A stretch of DNA of 64,000 nucleotides from Candidatus Latescibacterota bacterium (lineage in GTDB: Bacteria > Latescibacterota > UBA2968 > UBA8231): the NCBI GenBank assembly GCA_965206595.1, contig OZ242214.1, forward strand, positions 224,001 to 288,000, given 5' to 3'. Position 1 is the stretch's first letter, and each line of letters begins with the position of its first letter. The notes beneath the pieces were generated by a model. The model saw only the letters and a program-made list of their open reading frames with translations, made no database searches and was not told the DNA's origin. Below, piece by piece: positions 10,420 through 20,165 of this stretch. The translations under genes were made by a program, and so were the position numbers.

Positions 10420-11361
10420 TCAGTTGCCGATCGCCCTGGCGATGTGACCGAAGCTGCGGCGCAACCAGGCGACCTTGTCTGCCGGCAGGGGACCTTTCTC
10501 CAGGCTGGCGATGTTGCGCTGAATATGCTCAAGCCGAATGCTCCCGCACATCACCGTGGTGACGCCTTCGGTGAACGCGGCGTAGCGATAGGCGGCCTCG
10601 GGCAGGGACTGTATGTCGCTGTCGGCCAGCAGGTGGTCGAACGGCTGATCCGGTGAATCCTCCGCAATCAGGCCGTCGGCGCGGAGTTCGGCGACGACCT
10701 GCCGCAGTCGAGCGCGGTCCGAAAACACGTTGCGGACGGTGAACACGTTGATCGTGCCGATCCCTTTCTCCATGCAGTAAGGGAATACCCATTTTTCTGC
10801 GGACTGATTTAGCATGTTGTGGCCGACCATCGCGGCGTCAGCCAGTCCTGTCGGCAGAAACGCCCGCAGCCATTCGTGATCGTCGTCTGACCGGGTCACT
10901 TCGCTGGAGCCGATGAATCGAATCTTCCCCTGCTCAAGGAGCTTGTCCAGAGCCGGCAGGTGCTCTCCGAGGGCGACATTGAGAGCCTGAGGATGGCGCG
11001 TGGTCACCAGCAGCAGGTCGATGAACTCGAACTGGAGCCGCTGAAGGCTGGCCTCGACCGAGGCGACGATCTCCCCGGCGGTGAAGGGGGCGCCGTCATC
11101 GTCAGCCAGTGGCACTTTGGTCGATACCACCAGGCGGTCGCGAGGCAGGTGGCGGAGGGCTCGCCCGAGGATGAGCTCGCTGTCCCCGTAACCAGGGGAC
11201 GTGTCGAAGTAGTGGATCCCCAAATCGAAGACTTTGTGCAGGAGCCTATATATCTCCGCTTCGGGCACGCCGGCATTTTGCCCCAGTTGATTGTGTCCGC
11301 CCGAGCCCATCCCCATGACCGGCACCTCGAGATCCGTGCTTCCGAGAGTACGATAGATCAA
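10420..11361 (-). CDS. Aldo/keto reductase
   Basis: YRTLGSTDLEV, FDTSPGYGDSE, STK, SLQRLQ..IDL, GKIRFIG.S. Confidence 0.92.
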   Translation of the reverse strand: MIYRTLGSTDLEVPVMGMGSGGHNQLGQNAGVPEAEIYRLLHKVFDLGIHYFDTSPGYGDSELILGRALRHLPRDRLVVSTKVPLADDDGAPFTAGEIVASVEASLQRLQFEFIDLLLVTTRHPQALNVALGEHLPALDKLLEQGKIRFIGSSEVTRSDDDHEWLRAFLPTGLADAAMVGHNMLNQSAEKWVFPYCMEKGIGTINVFTVRNVFSDRARLRQVVAELRADGLIAEDSPDQPFDHLLADSDIQSLPEAAYRYAAFTEGVTTVMCGSIRLEHIQRNIASLEKGPLPADKVAWLRRSFGHIARAIGN

Positions 11362-11441
11362 ATGAGCCGTCCTTGTCTTTTTCGGGATTTGGGCAACAAC
11401 CTACATTAGCCCCTCTCTGTAATTCAGGAAACCGGAAGCGC

Positions 11442-12459
11442 ATGGCAGGATCGCCAATCCCTTCGAACTTCGCTCACCGGATGGAACGCACCGAACCGCC
11501 TCTCGAGGCGAATCTGAAGGAGCAGTTCGTCGCATTGTGGGAGGGTGTTTTCGAGACTTCGTACGACTTCCTCGAAAGGGTCCTGAAGGGCGGTGAAACG
11601 GGGTTTAATCGCGATCTGTTCTACTGCATTTCACGAGACGGCCGAACCGCGGCTACCTCGCACGTGACGGTGCCGCGCGGTGACCCCACACTCGGAGGTC
11701 TCGGAGAGGTAGCGACCGCAGTAGGCCACCGTCACCAGGGTATGGCCGCAGCGACCTGCGCGCGCGCTTCAGGATTTCAGGCAGAGTGGAGGGGAAGCGC
11801 TATTTCTCGGCACCGGCAATCCGGATGCGGCGCGAGTGTATCACCGCCTCGGCTGGCGCAAGTTGTGCGGTTCGAATGCCATGGTCGCCCTGAGCAGGCA
11901 GCAATCGCCCGAGGCGTTTCTTGTCGACTACTTCCGAGGCGGGAAGCCCGGGGAGAACCGGCCGGCATCGCCGGCCACTCGAGTGCCGATGATCCCGCTG
12001 ATCCACACGCCCCATGACTGGAAGGTCCTCGACGCCAATGCTTCGCTCCGTTCGAACCGCTACGAGATGCAGCCCTCGGTCATGGGACTATACCCCAAGT
12101 ACGAATCCTTGCTAAACACGGAAGGAACCTGGTTCGAGCTGCGGTGCGACCGCGGCCGCATCGTTGGACTTGCCACCGCCCGGCTCGCGGAGCCGGCTGT
12201 CTGCAGGGTGGATGGCTTCGCCCACGCACTCTACCAGGAAGGATGGCCAGACCTCATCGACGTCGCCTGCCGCTGGGGAAGCGAACGGGGAGCCAAGGCG
12301 AGTGAAGCCGCGGTCTGCGCCGAAGACGAGGAAAAACTGGAGGCGTTTCGACAGCTCGGCTTTGCCATCGACCGCGCCGGTCAGGAGATGGCGGTCGGCA
12401 GCCAGGTCATCCCTTCACATGTGTTGCGCAAGGAGAACAGAAACGGAGTGACAGGCTGA
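11442..12459 (+). pseudogene. GNAT acetyltransferase split by a frameshift in a (GC)n tract near 11760
   Basis: GGLGEVATAVGHRHQGMA (motif A) is in one frame; QDFRQSGGEALFLGTGNPDAARVYHRLGW continues in another. Start codon uncertain. Confidence 0.8.
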
Positions 12460-12461
12460 GG

Positions 12462-13673
12462 ATGCAGATATCCGACGTAAAGCTGTTCATCGTCAACAAG
12501 GGCGGCAGAGTGGAGTTCGGCCTGGGGAACACGGCTAACTACGTGATCCTGACGATCCAAACCGACCGCGGGATAAAGGGGGTCGGCGAAGCTTTCCACA
12601 GCCTCGACGAGCCGATAGAAGGGTGCGTGAGCAAGTACAAGCGCTGGCTGGTCGGGGAAGACCCGACCAAGGTCCTGCACCACTGGCAGGCGATCTATCG
12701 CGGCTTGCGATATCCCCTCGGCACCGCCGAGCTCGCCGCCTTGAGCGCGGTGGAGCAGGCGCTCTGGGACATCGCCGGCAAGGACTGTGGATTGCCGATT
12801 TACAAGATGCTCGGGGGGCCGAGCCGCGATCGTGTTCGCGGGTACGCCAGCGGCGGCTGCTGGCCCTCGGGGAACTACGGCACCTTCCTGGAACAGGTGC
12901 AGGCCGTCGTCGAGGCTGGATGGCCGGCGCTCAAGTTCAGCCCCCAGGTAGAGGAGTACGCCTACGATCCCCCAAGGCCGACTTGGCAGCGCCGACAGCA
13001 GCGGTCCTCGCACGGCGAGCTCGCCGCCATGGTGGACCGGGTGCGCAGGGTGCGGGAAACAGTCGGCGACGACGTCGAGATCTGCCTCGACTACCACGGC
13101 CGCAGCTTCTCTCCTGCCGAGGCCATACGCCTGGCCAGGGAGATCGAGCAGTACCACCCGTTTTTTCTGGAAGAGCCGGCCCTGACCGAGAACCCGGATT
13201 CCCTGGTGCAGATCAAGGGGCAGACCGCCATCCCCATCGCCGGTGGCGAACGCGTTGTGCACCGCGACCTGTTCAAGTCGGTGATCGAGAAACGGGCCGT
13301 CGACATTCTGCAGCTCGAGCCGACGGCGTGCGGGGGCATCCTCGAGACCGTGAAACGTGCGGCGGTGGCCGAGCTCTACCACGTCGTGCTGGCACCTCAC
13401 CACGCCGGCAGCCCGGTTGCCTTGTGCGCCTGCGCCCATATCGACATGTCGGTGCCGAACTTCCTGATCCAGGAAGTCAACACCGACGTCGGCTCGCCCC
13501 TGAACCGGGACCTGTTCTCCGGCATGCCGAGAGTGACCGGCGGATGGATCGAAATGACCGGAGCGCCCGGTATCGGGTTGGAGTTCAACGAGGAAGCCGC
13601 GGGGGATCACCCGTCGAGGACCTGGGACCGGCCGGTTGTCATCGAAGCGGACGGCTCCATCGGACTCGAGTAG
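12462..13673 (+). CDS. Mandelate racemase/muconate lactonizing enzyme family (galactonate dehydratase-like)
   Basis: GVGE, SAVEQALWDIAGK..GLPIYKMLGG, LDYHG, FLEEP, AGGER, APH, LIQE. Confidence 0.9.
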   Translation: MQISDVKLFIVNKGGRVEFGLGNTANYVILTIQTDRGIKGVGEAFHSLDEPIEGCVSKYKRWLVGEDPTKVLHHWQAIYRGLRYPLGTAELAALSAVEQALWDIAGKDCGLPIYKMLGGPSRDRVRGYASGGCWPSGNYGTFLEQVQAVVEAGWPALKFSPQVEEYAYDPPRPTWQRRQQRSSHGELAAMVDRVRRVRETVGDDVEICLDYHGRSFSPAEAIRLAREIEQYHPFFLEEPALTENPDSLVQIKGQTAIPIAGGERVVHRDLFKSVIEKRAVDILQLEPTACGGILETVKRAAVAELYHVVLAPHHAGSPVALCACAHIDMSVPNFLIQEVNTDVGSPLNRDLFSGMPRVTGGWIEMTGAPGIGLEFNEEAAGDHPSRTWDRPVVIEADGSIGLE

Positions 13674-13855
13674 ATCCAGCTTCGCATCGGTAGGAACGAG
13701 GGGGGGGTAGAGCATGGCCACTCCCTCCCCGTTGCCACCGTCCGCGTATCTCCCCGGAGGTCCTACCCGGCGGCTTGCGAGCGGGTCTTCCCGTGCCTCA
13801 ATTCAGACAACCCATTTCCGGGGCAGTACATTTTTCCATGTAACGGGAGATCAGA

Positions 13856-14980
13856 ATGAATCCGGCACAACTCTACCGCGACCTCGGCGCCACCCCGGTT
13901 ATCAATGCCGCAGGTTACCAGACCGTTCTCGGCGGATCGCGCCTTTCCCCCGCAGTGCAGGAGGCGATGGCCACCGCCAATCGCCATTACGTCGAGATGG
14001 AGAGGTTGCTGCTGAGCACGGGGGAGGAGATTGCCGATCTGCTCGGTTGCGAGGCGGCGATGGTGACCCCCGGCTGCGGGGCGGCGCTCGCCCTGTCTTC
14101 GGCCGCCTGCATGTCCGTTGGGGATCCCGGGAGGATGGAGCAGCTGCCCGACACGACCGGCATTGCGAACGAGTTTCTGCTGCAGGCGCGGCAACATTAC
14201 CACTACCAGCGCTGCCTGACGATTTTCGGCGGGGTGCTCGTCGACGCGGGGGACGACGCCGGAACCTCGGCGGCCCAACTGCAAGCCGCGATCGGCGCAA
14301 AAACCGCGGCGATCCATTTCTTCGCATCGGGTGACGAGGGCGACTCCATTCTCGACCTCGAAGGGATCTTCTCCGTTGCCGTACCGAGGAGCCTGCCGGT
14401 CACTGTCGACGCGGCGTACCGGGTGTACCCGCTCGAGACCATGCGGAATCTCGCCTCCTGCGGCGGCCTCGTCGGTTTCGGCGCCAAGTACATAGGGGCG
14501 CCCAATTCCACCGGCATCCTGTGCGGGCCTCGCGAGCTGCTCGAAGCGGCCTACCTGCACAGCTTCATCGGCTTCGAGACCAGCGATTACGAAACCCTGG
14601 GCCGTCCCTTGAAGCTCGATCGCCAGGAAATCGTCGCGGTGATCGTTGCGCTCAGGGAGTGGCTGGCGATGGATCACGGGGCCCGCATCGCCGAGCATTG
14701 GCTCAAGGCGGACCGCATCGTCGACGCTCTCGACGGCGTGCCCCATGTCGAGGCGGCGCGCCACGTGGAGGAGAACAGCCTCAGCAACGGCGTCATGGTT
14801 ACCATCGACCAGCAGGCCCTGGGGAGGACCTCCGGCGAAATCGTCGCGGCACTGAAGGAAGAGGATCCGAGCATCTGGACGCGCCAGTACGGCTCGCGCA
14901 TCCGCGTGGCCGTGGCGCATCTGATCGAAGGCGAGGTCGACACTGTTATCGCGCGGCTGAGACACCATCTGGATGGGTGA
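13856..14980 (+). CDS. SelA-like PLP enzyme (D-glucosaminate-6-phosphate ammonia-lyase DgaE-like)
   Basis: PVINAAG..T.LGGS, VDAA, FGAKYIGAPNSTG, GRPLKLDRQEI. Confidence 0.82.
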   Translation: MNPAQLYRDLGATPVINAAGYQTVLGGSRLSPAVQEAMATANRHYVEMERLLLSTGEEIADLLGCEAAMVTPGCGAALALSSAACMSVGDPGRMEQLPDTTGIANEFLLQARQHYHYQRCLTIFGGVLVDAGDDAGTSAAQLQAAIGAKTAAIHFFASGDEGDSILDLEGIFSVAVPRSLPVTVDAAYRVYPLETMRNLASCGGLVGFGAKYIGAPNSTGILCGPRELLEAAYLHSFIGFETSDYETLGRPLKLDRQEIVAVIVALREWLAMDHGARIAEHWLKADRIVDALDGVPHVEAARHVEENSLSNGVMVTIDQQALGRTSGEIVAALKEEDPSIWTRQYGSRIRVAVAHLIEGEVDTVIARLRHHLDG

Positions 14981-15418
14981 GGGGACGCCCAGGTTCTCGT
15001 CACCATCCGTAAGGAGATCGGTTGCGGCGCCCGCTGCTCTGCTGCTTCTGAAACAACCGTCCGGCCTTGGCGTTGAGGTTCTTATGCAGCGCGCGGCCGC
15101 CGTATAAGACGTCCTTCCCGCCAAGACCGGGTGGAATTGCGCACGTTGACGTTGGGCTTTCCGACGGTGTCCGCAGGCGCACTGGCCCGGAGCTATCACC
15201 GTAACAGCCGTACCTTGTCGGTCTGGAAATCCCGCTGCATGCCGTTTTACCGGCATGCGGAGCGAAGCTTGGATGCCCAGTGATACAGGGCGAAGTCCCC
15301 TTCCGTCTATGATGATTCCCAACCGTCAAGTCGCTTCCCTCCCTATGGCAAACTGGGCGATTCGGGCATCGCGGGCGGAGATTTGACGGGAGGCCCGGAT
15401 GCGCCATTTTTCGGCGCC

Positions 15419-16498
15419 ATGAAGCTCCTGTTCGACGGCCATCTCGATCTCGCCCTCTATGCCCTGGCCTGGAACCGGGACGTCACCGAAACCACCTCCC
15501 GGATCAACCGCCGCGAGGCCCACATGTCGGGGTTCGGCCGCGGCCTCGCCAACGCCAGCCTGCCGGAAATGCGCCGCGGTGGCGTGGCAGCATGCCTTTC
15601 GACCGTCGCTGCCCGCGCCAACAGGGAGGTGCAGCCGCCGGAAGGCCACAAGCGCACCGACCTCGATTTCGGCACCCCGTCCATTGCCTACGCCTGGGCC
15701 CAGGGGCAGCTCGCCTACTACCGCCTCCTGCAGCGACAGGGAGAGATATCCCTGATCGGAACTTCGGCGGAGTTGCGGTCCCACTGGCAGAGCTGGAGCC
15801 GGGCCCAAACCCGCGATGAGCTGCCGGTCGGCATCATCGTATCGATGGAATGCGCCGATCCGATCATCGAGCCTGCGCAGGCGGCGGATTGGTACGCCGA
15901 CGGGGTGCGCTCGGTGAGCCTTGCTCACTTCGGCCCGAGTCGCTACGCCCAGGGCACAGGGGCCGACGGTCCGTTGACCCGCAAAGGGTTCGAGCTGCTG
16001 CGCGAGTTCGAAAGCGTCGGCATGGTCCTCGATCTCACGCACACCGCCGACCAGGCCTTCTACCAGGCCCTGGATTCCTTCCGCGGTCCGGTGATCGCCA
16101 GTCACACCAACTGCCGCGCCCTGGTTCCCGGAGACCGTCAGTTTTCCGACGAGCAGCTCAAGCTGCTGATCGAACGGGAAGCCGTCGTCGGATCGGCTTT
16201 CGACGCCTGGATGCTGGTGCCGGGCTGGGTGGTCTACGAGTCGCAGCCCGGGGATCTGCCGATGGAGAGGGTGGTGGACCATATCGACCGCGTCTGCCAG
16301 CTGGCGGGCAACGCCCGGCACGCCGCCATCGGCACGGACACCGGCACCAACGACCACATGCCCGTGGATTACCGGACCAGTGCCGACCTGCGCAACATCG
16401 AGGAGATTCTCGAGCGCCGCGGCTACTCGGATGGCGATATCGATCGCATTCTGTACCTGAACTGGCTGGAGTTCTTTCTCCGCCACCTGCCGTCGTAG
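15419..16498 (+). CDS. Membrane dipeptidase (peptidase M19, amidohydrolase fold)
   Basis: FDGHLDL, SME.ADP, LDLTH, ASHTNCRALV...RQFSD, DHID, IGTD. Confidence 0.92.
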   Translation: MKLLFDGHLDLALYALAWNRDVTETTSRINRREAHMSGFGRGLANASLPEMRRGGVAACLSTVAARANREVQPPEGHKRTDLDFGTPSIAYAWAQGQLAYYRLLQRQGEISLIGTSAELRSHWQSWSRAQTRDELPVGIIVSMECADPIIEPAQAADWYADGVRSVSLAHFGPSRYAQGTGADGPLTRKGFELLREFESVGMVLDLTHTADQAFYQALDSFRGPVIASHTNCRALVPGDRQFSDEQLKLLIEREAVVGSAFDAWMLVPGWVVYESQPGDLPMERVVDHIDRVCQLAGNARHAAIGTDTGTNDHMPVDYRTSADLRNIEEILERRGYSDGDIDRILYLNWLEFFLRHLPS

Positions 16499-16504
16499 GA
16501 CCCT

Positions 16505-17350
16505 ATCAGCTCCACCCTGCTGCTGATTCTCTCCGTCGTAACCTCCTTCCTGTTCGGCCAGCTGTTCAAGTGGTCGCAGCGCCGCGGTTGCTTCGGACCG
16601 CTGGTGGTGACCGCAAACTACCTGGTCGCCGCCGCGGTCCTGGCGGCATACCTGCAGTGGCGGGGGGGCATCGAGCTGGGCCCCTCCGTTGCCCTCGTCG
16701 GGGGGGTAACCGGGTTTTCCTTCATGGTCTCGATGTTCCTGATGACCTGGGCGCTCGAGGTTTCGGACGCCGCTATCATCCTCACCGCCTTCCGCCTGTC
16801 GATCGTCGTGCCGATCGCAGTTTCCGTGCTGCTGTGGAGCGAGGAGATATCGGGGTTGCAGCTCGCCGGTGTCGTCCTGGCGCTGCTCTCGCTGGTGCTG
16901 ATGAGCGCGGGCACCAGGAGCCTCGGTATGCGGGGGCTGGTGCCGCAAGCCGCCCTCGCGGTAAGCGTCTGCCTGCTCCAGGGGGTGAGCCACACCTGCG
17001 TGCGCTGGGTGCATCACGCCGGCCTCGACGGCCATCAGCTCGAGGTGCTGCTGGTCATCACCGGCAGCGCCGGCCTCCTCGGGGCCGCGGCATTGGGGTT
17101 GGCGGGCAGACCTCCGACTTGGGATACGGTGCGCGTGGGGGCCGGAATCGGCGTTTTCAACGCCTTGGCGCTGGCGATCTTCCTCGCCACCCTGGCGCGC
17201 TTCTCCAGCGCCCAGTTCTTCCCGGTCACCGGCTGCGCCATCGTGATCATGGACGTCCTGGTTGCCCGCGTCGTCTGGCGGGAACGGGTTTCCCTGCTGA
17301 GCGCCGTCGGCGCCGCGGCCGGCGCCGGGTCGATGCTGCTGGTGTTCTGA
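16505..17350 (+). CDS. EamA/DMT-family transporter (start codon unclear)
   Basis: About 10 hydrophobic helices in two halves. The first helix lies upstream of the called GTG at 16604, in frame with the dipeptidase stop. Confidence 0.75.
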   Translation: MSSTLLLILSVVTSFLFGQLFKWSQRRGCFGPLVVTANYLVAAAVLAAYLQWRGGIELGPSVALVGGVTGFSFMVSMFLMTWALEVSDAAIILTAFRLSIVVPIAVSVLLWSEEISGLQLAGVVLALLSLVLMSAGTRSLGMRGLVPQAALAVSVCLLQGVSHTCVRWVHHAGLDGHQLEVLLVITGSAGLLGAAALGLAGRPPTWDTVRVGAGIGVFNALALAIFLATLARFSSAQFFPVTGCAIVIMDVLVARVVWRERVSLLSAVGAAAGAGSMLLVF

Positions 17351-17351
17351 A

Positions 17352-18206
17352 TCAGACGTGGCCGGGCGCGCCCTCGTTCAGGAGCGCTTCGATGTCCTCA
17401 CCCGGGTGGCTCGGAGGACCGACGATGGCGCGCTGAAGGGCCGCCAGCTCGATTTCTTCCCACTGGGGGTTGTAGCTGTGAAGGTGGGACGAAGGCGAGT
17501 AGAGGTAGCGCAGCAGCCGCCGCTCGTGGTCCGCGTTCCAGGGCAGGGTCCCGTGGGTGAGGGCCTCGGTGAAGATCACCGCGTCGCCGGCCCGCATCGG
17601 GATATGCCGGATGCATCCGAGGTCGATTTCGAGGCGGCGCACCTCCAGGGGGCAGAGGTAGTTGGCCTTGTGGCTGCCGGGGATGCAGGCGAATCCCCCG
17701 TCCTCGGGGCCGACGTCACTGAGGGAGTAGCTCACCGACATCAGGCCGTTGTTCATGCGCCCGTTCTCGAAGCGGTGGTAGAAAACGTCGCGCATGTGGT
17801 CGTGTTCGGGGGTGCCCCCGCCGTGGAAGATGAACCCCTCGCTGCCCCGGGTCATGTTGATCCCCGCGGTGCCGGCGAGGCGGAAGCGCGGACCGATGAC
17901 CGCCACCATCGCCCGCAGGATCCCGGGCAGGGTGACGACTTCCCGGAACACCCGGCACCAGGGCTCATCCCAGAACAGGAAGCTGCCGAAGTCGCCGCGG
18001 CCGTGGTCCCCCTTCAGGCCTTCGGCTGCCCCCCCGCCCTGCTCCTCGAGGCTGCCGTCGAGGGCCTGCTCGCGGGAGCGGATGTGGATCTGGTCGCGGT
18101 GGTGGTCGATCGCCTCGTTCATGGCATCAACCTGTGCCGGGGTCAGGGCGCCGGGGACGAGGATGTAGCCGTTGAGGTCGAACAGGTATTTCTCGTATTC
18201 GGTCAT
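17352..18206 (-). CDS. PhyH-like Fe(II)/2-oxoglutarate enzyme, H-G-G variant
   Basis: EKYLFDLNGY, FHGGG, DGGFACIPGSHKAN, AGDAVIFTEALTHGTLPW...RR. Confidence 0.88.
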   Translation of the reverse strand: MTEYEKYLFDLNGYILVPGALTPAQVDAMNEAIDHHRDQIHIRSREQALDGSLEEQGGGAAEGLKGDHGRGDFGSFLFWDEPWCRVFREVVTLPGILRAMVAVIGPRFRLAGTAGINMTRGSEGFIFHGGGTPEHDHMRDVFYHRFENGRMNNGLMSVSYSLSDVGPEDGGFACIPGSHKANYLCPLEVRRLEIDLGCIRHIPMRAGDAVIFTEALTHGTLPWNADHERRLLRYLYSPSSHLHSYNPQWEEIELAALQRAIVGPPSHPGEDIEALLNEGAPGHV

Positions 18207-18215
18207 GGCAGCAGG

Positions 18216-20153
18216 TCAGAACGGCGCGTTGGAATAGGCAGGGGTCGCCACGTAGCGCTCGGTGGCCAGGTCGAGGGTGATCTCCATCCCGGGGGGCAGG
18301 GTGACGGCGCAGTGCGTCGAGTTCACCTCGGTGCTGCGTTCCACCAGTTCCGTCGGCGCCGGCGCCGAAGTGCCCGCGTACCCGCCCAGCTGTCCCGGCC
18401 AGACGCTGGTGCGGCCGCGGCTCTTCACGGTGCCGAAGCGGTGCTCGCCGAAGGCGCCGGCCTGCAGTATCAACTCACGCGTTTCGGTGCCGCCGAGGTT
18501 CACCAGGCGCACCACCGTGCGCTCGGCTTCGAGCTTCTCCACCAGTGCCGCGACCCCGGGAGGCAACCCAGGGCGCCGCTGCTGCGCGTCGAAGTAGCGC
18601 AGGCGCGCGTGCAGCAGACCGCCGTTGTATACCTGCTGCGGCGCCCCGAGGGTTAGCTGCACCAGCGCCTCCGAGGTGACCGGGTTCGCCCACTGCCAGT
18701 GGTGGACGTGGTGCCGCGTGCCGACCGATTCGTCTTCCCGCACCAGCGCCAGCCGCCGGCGCACGATCTGCTCGGTGGCGTGCAGGATGCGCTCGGGATA
18801 GTCCGGGTTGGCGCCGGCCAGGAACCGCACCCAAGGGGCTTCGTGGCCGGCGTCGGTCTTGCCGTGGAAGGCGCTGACTCCGTTCCAGTCGCCGCCGCTT
18901 TTTGCGCGCACCTCTTCGACGCGGCTCCAGTCCTCCTCTGCCATCGACAGGTTCCACAGGGCGATCGGCCAGACCGGGGATGGCGGCGACCAGTCGAACC
19001 AGCCAGCGTCGCCGTAGCGCAGGGGCACCATGAAGGTTTCGCCGCCGCCGGAGGAGGTGCCGCTGCCCGACTGCCCCGGTCCGAGGGTGTCGCGGGCGTC
19101 CTCCCGGCGCAGCTCTCCGAGCTCGAGAATGCGGTCGATCTGGCTGCGCGGCAGGTCGAGGTAGCTCGAGTCGCGGGTCAGCAGGAAGGCGTTGGCGCCG
19201 GCGTCGAAGACGGCGGCGATCAGGGTTGCGAAGCCGTGCGGCCAGGTCCAGCCGTAGAGACCGCCGTACCAGTTGCCGTTGCAGTACTCCCCCACTATTC
19301 CCGACAGGCCGACGTTGTCGGGGATCAGGCCGCCGTTCTCTTCCGCCCTGCGCATCCAGGCCCCGGTGTACTCGACCACCCAGTCCCGGTACTTCTCCTC
19401 GCCGCTGACCAGGAAGGCGTTGGTCACCAGGGTCGTGATCGACAGGTTCGAGGCGACGTCGCCGCGGCTGTGGCGGTCGTACATCGCCTGCCCCATGGCC
19501 CTGGCTTTCTGCGGGTCGCCGAGGTCCTTCACCGTCGCTATTCCGGGCAGGTCGAAGAAGGGGAGGCTGTAGCGCTCCATGGTGCTGCCGACAGGGGAGT
19601 AAGCACGTTTCTCGCGCGAGTCCGGCGGGGCGGTCCAGGCGCCGCGGCTGCCGTTCAGGGGGGACATGACGATGCGGTGCGCCGGATCGTAGTTGACCGC
19701 CTCGGGGTCCTCGTTGAGGTAGAAGCCGGCGAAGCGGCGGGCGCGCTCCCTCCATTTTTCCGCCCGCGGATTGGCGAGGCAGAGGTTGTAGAAGAAGATG
19801 TCGCTTTCCGACTGGTGGAAGTTGTCCTCCTTGATCCCGTACTCGTTGTGCACGGCGCCGAGACGGGTTAGCTGCCGGGTGATCGCCTCCCACTGCCGAT
19901 CGGCCAGGGAGAGCATGTGCCCGGCCCCCCCCATCATGTAGATCACCGGCCAGCTGAAGAACGGCTCGTAGTAGTCGTCGCAGCTGCCCCCGCCCCATTC
20001 GTCCCGCCAGACGAACTCGCCGTCCTCCCGGGTGAAGTGGTCGAGAAAGGGGCGGACGGAGTCGTTGAGGAGGTCGATCAGGTGGCGTTCCCACACCGCC
20101 CAGGAGGGCAGCTCGGAAACCGGGACGTCGGCGGTGATGCGGGTGTCGGCCAT
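18216..20153 (-). CDS. Uncharacterised 645-aa soluble protein
   Basis: Long ORF with host-like codon usage, tightly spaced between PhyH genes. Motifs DDYYE, WYGGLYGWTWPHG, RYFD...RPGLP, QAGAFGEH. Function not recognised. Confidence 0.8.
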   Translation of the reverse strand: MADTRITADVPVSELPSWAVWERHLIDLLNDSVRPFLDHFTREDGEFVWRDEWGGGSCDDYYEPFFSWPVIYMMGGAGHMLSLADRQWEAITRQLTRLGAVHNEYGIKEDNFHQSESDIFFYNLCLANPRAEKWRERARRFAGFYLNEDPEAVNYDPAHRIVMSPLNGSRGAWTAPPDSREKRAYSPVGSTMERYSLPFFDLPGIATVKDLGDPQKARAMGQAMYDRHSRGDVASNLSITTLVTNAFLVSGEEKYRDWVVEYTGAWMRRAEENGGLIPDNVGLSGIVGEYCNGNWYGGLYGWTWPHGFATLIAAVFDAGANAFLLTRDSSYLDLPRSQIDRILELGELRREDARDTLGPGQSGSGTSSGGGETFMVPLRYGDAGWFDWSPPSPVWPIALWNLSMAEEDWSRVEEVRAKSGGDWNGVSAFHGKTDAGHEAPWVRFLAGANPDYPERILHATEQIVRRRLALVREDESVGTRHHVHHWQWANPVTSEALVQLTLGAPQQVYNGGLLHARLRYFDAQQRRPGLPPGVAALVEKLEAERTVVRLVNLGGTETRELILQAGAFGEHRFGTVKSRGRTSVWPGQLGGYAGTSAPAPTELVERSTEVNSTHCAVTLPPGMEITLDLATERYVATPAYSNAPF

Positions 20154-20165
20154 GGGCTCTTTCGG

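Noticed and set aside
13856-14980. True selenocysteine synthase SelA
   Set aside because: It is short, lacks the SelA N-terminal domain, has no selB/selC nearby, and sits in a catabolic context.
15190-15270. Group II intron domain V
   Set aside because: No convincing AGC/CGC triad hairpin with a GNRA loop and domain VI, and no RT remnant.
6359-16498. Genome-wide TAG recoding suggested by the in-frame TAGs
   Set aside because: Many intact genes end properly at TAG (4894, 13673, 27760, 52862, 55390), and the IS also carries a frameshift.
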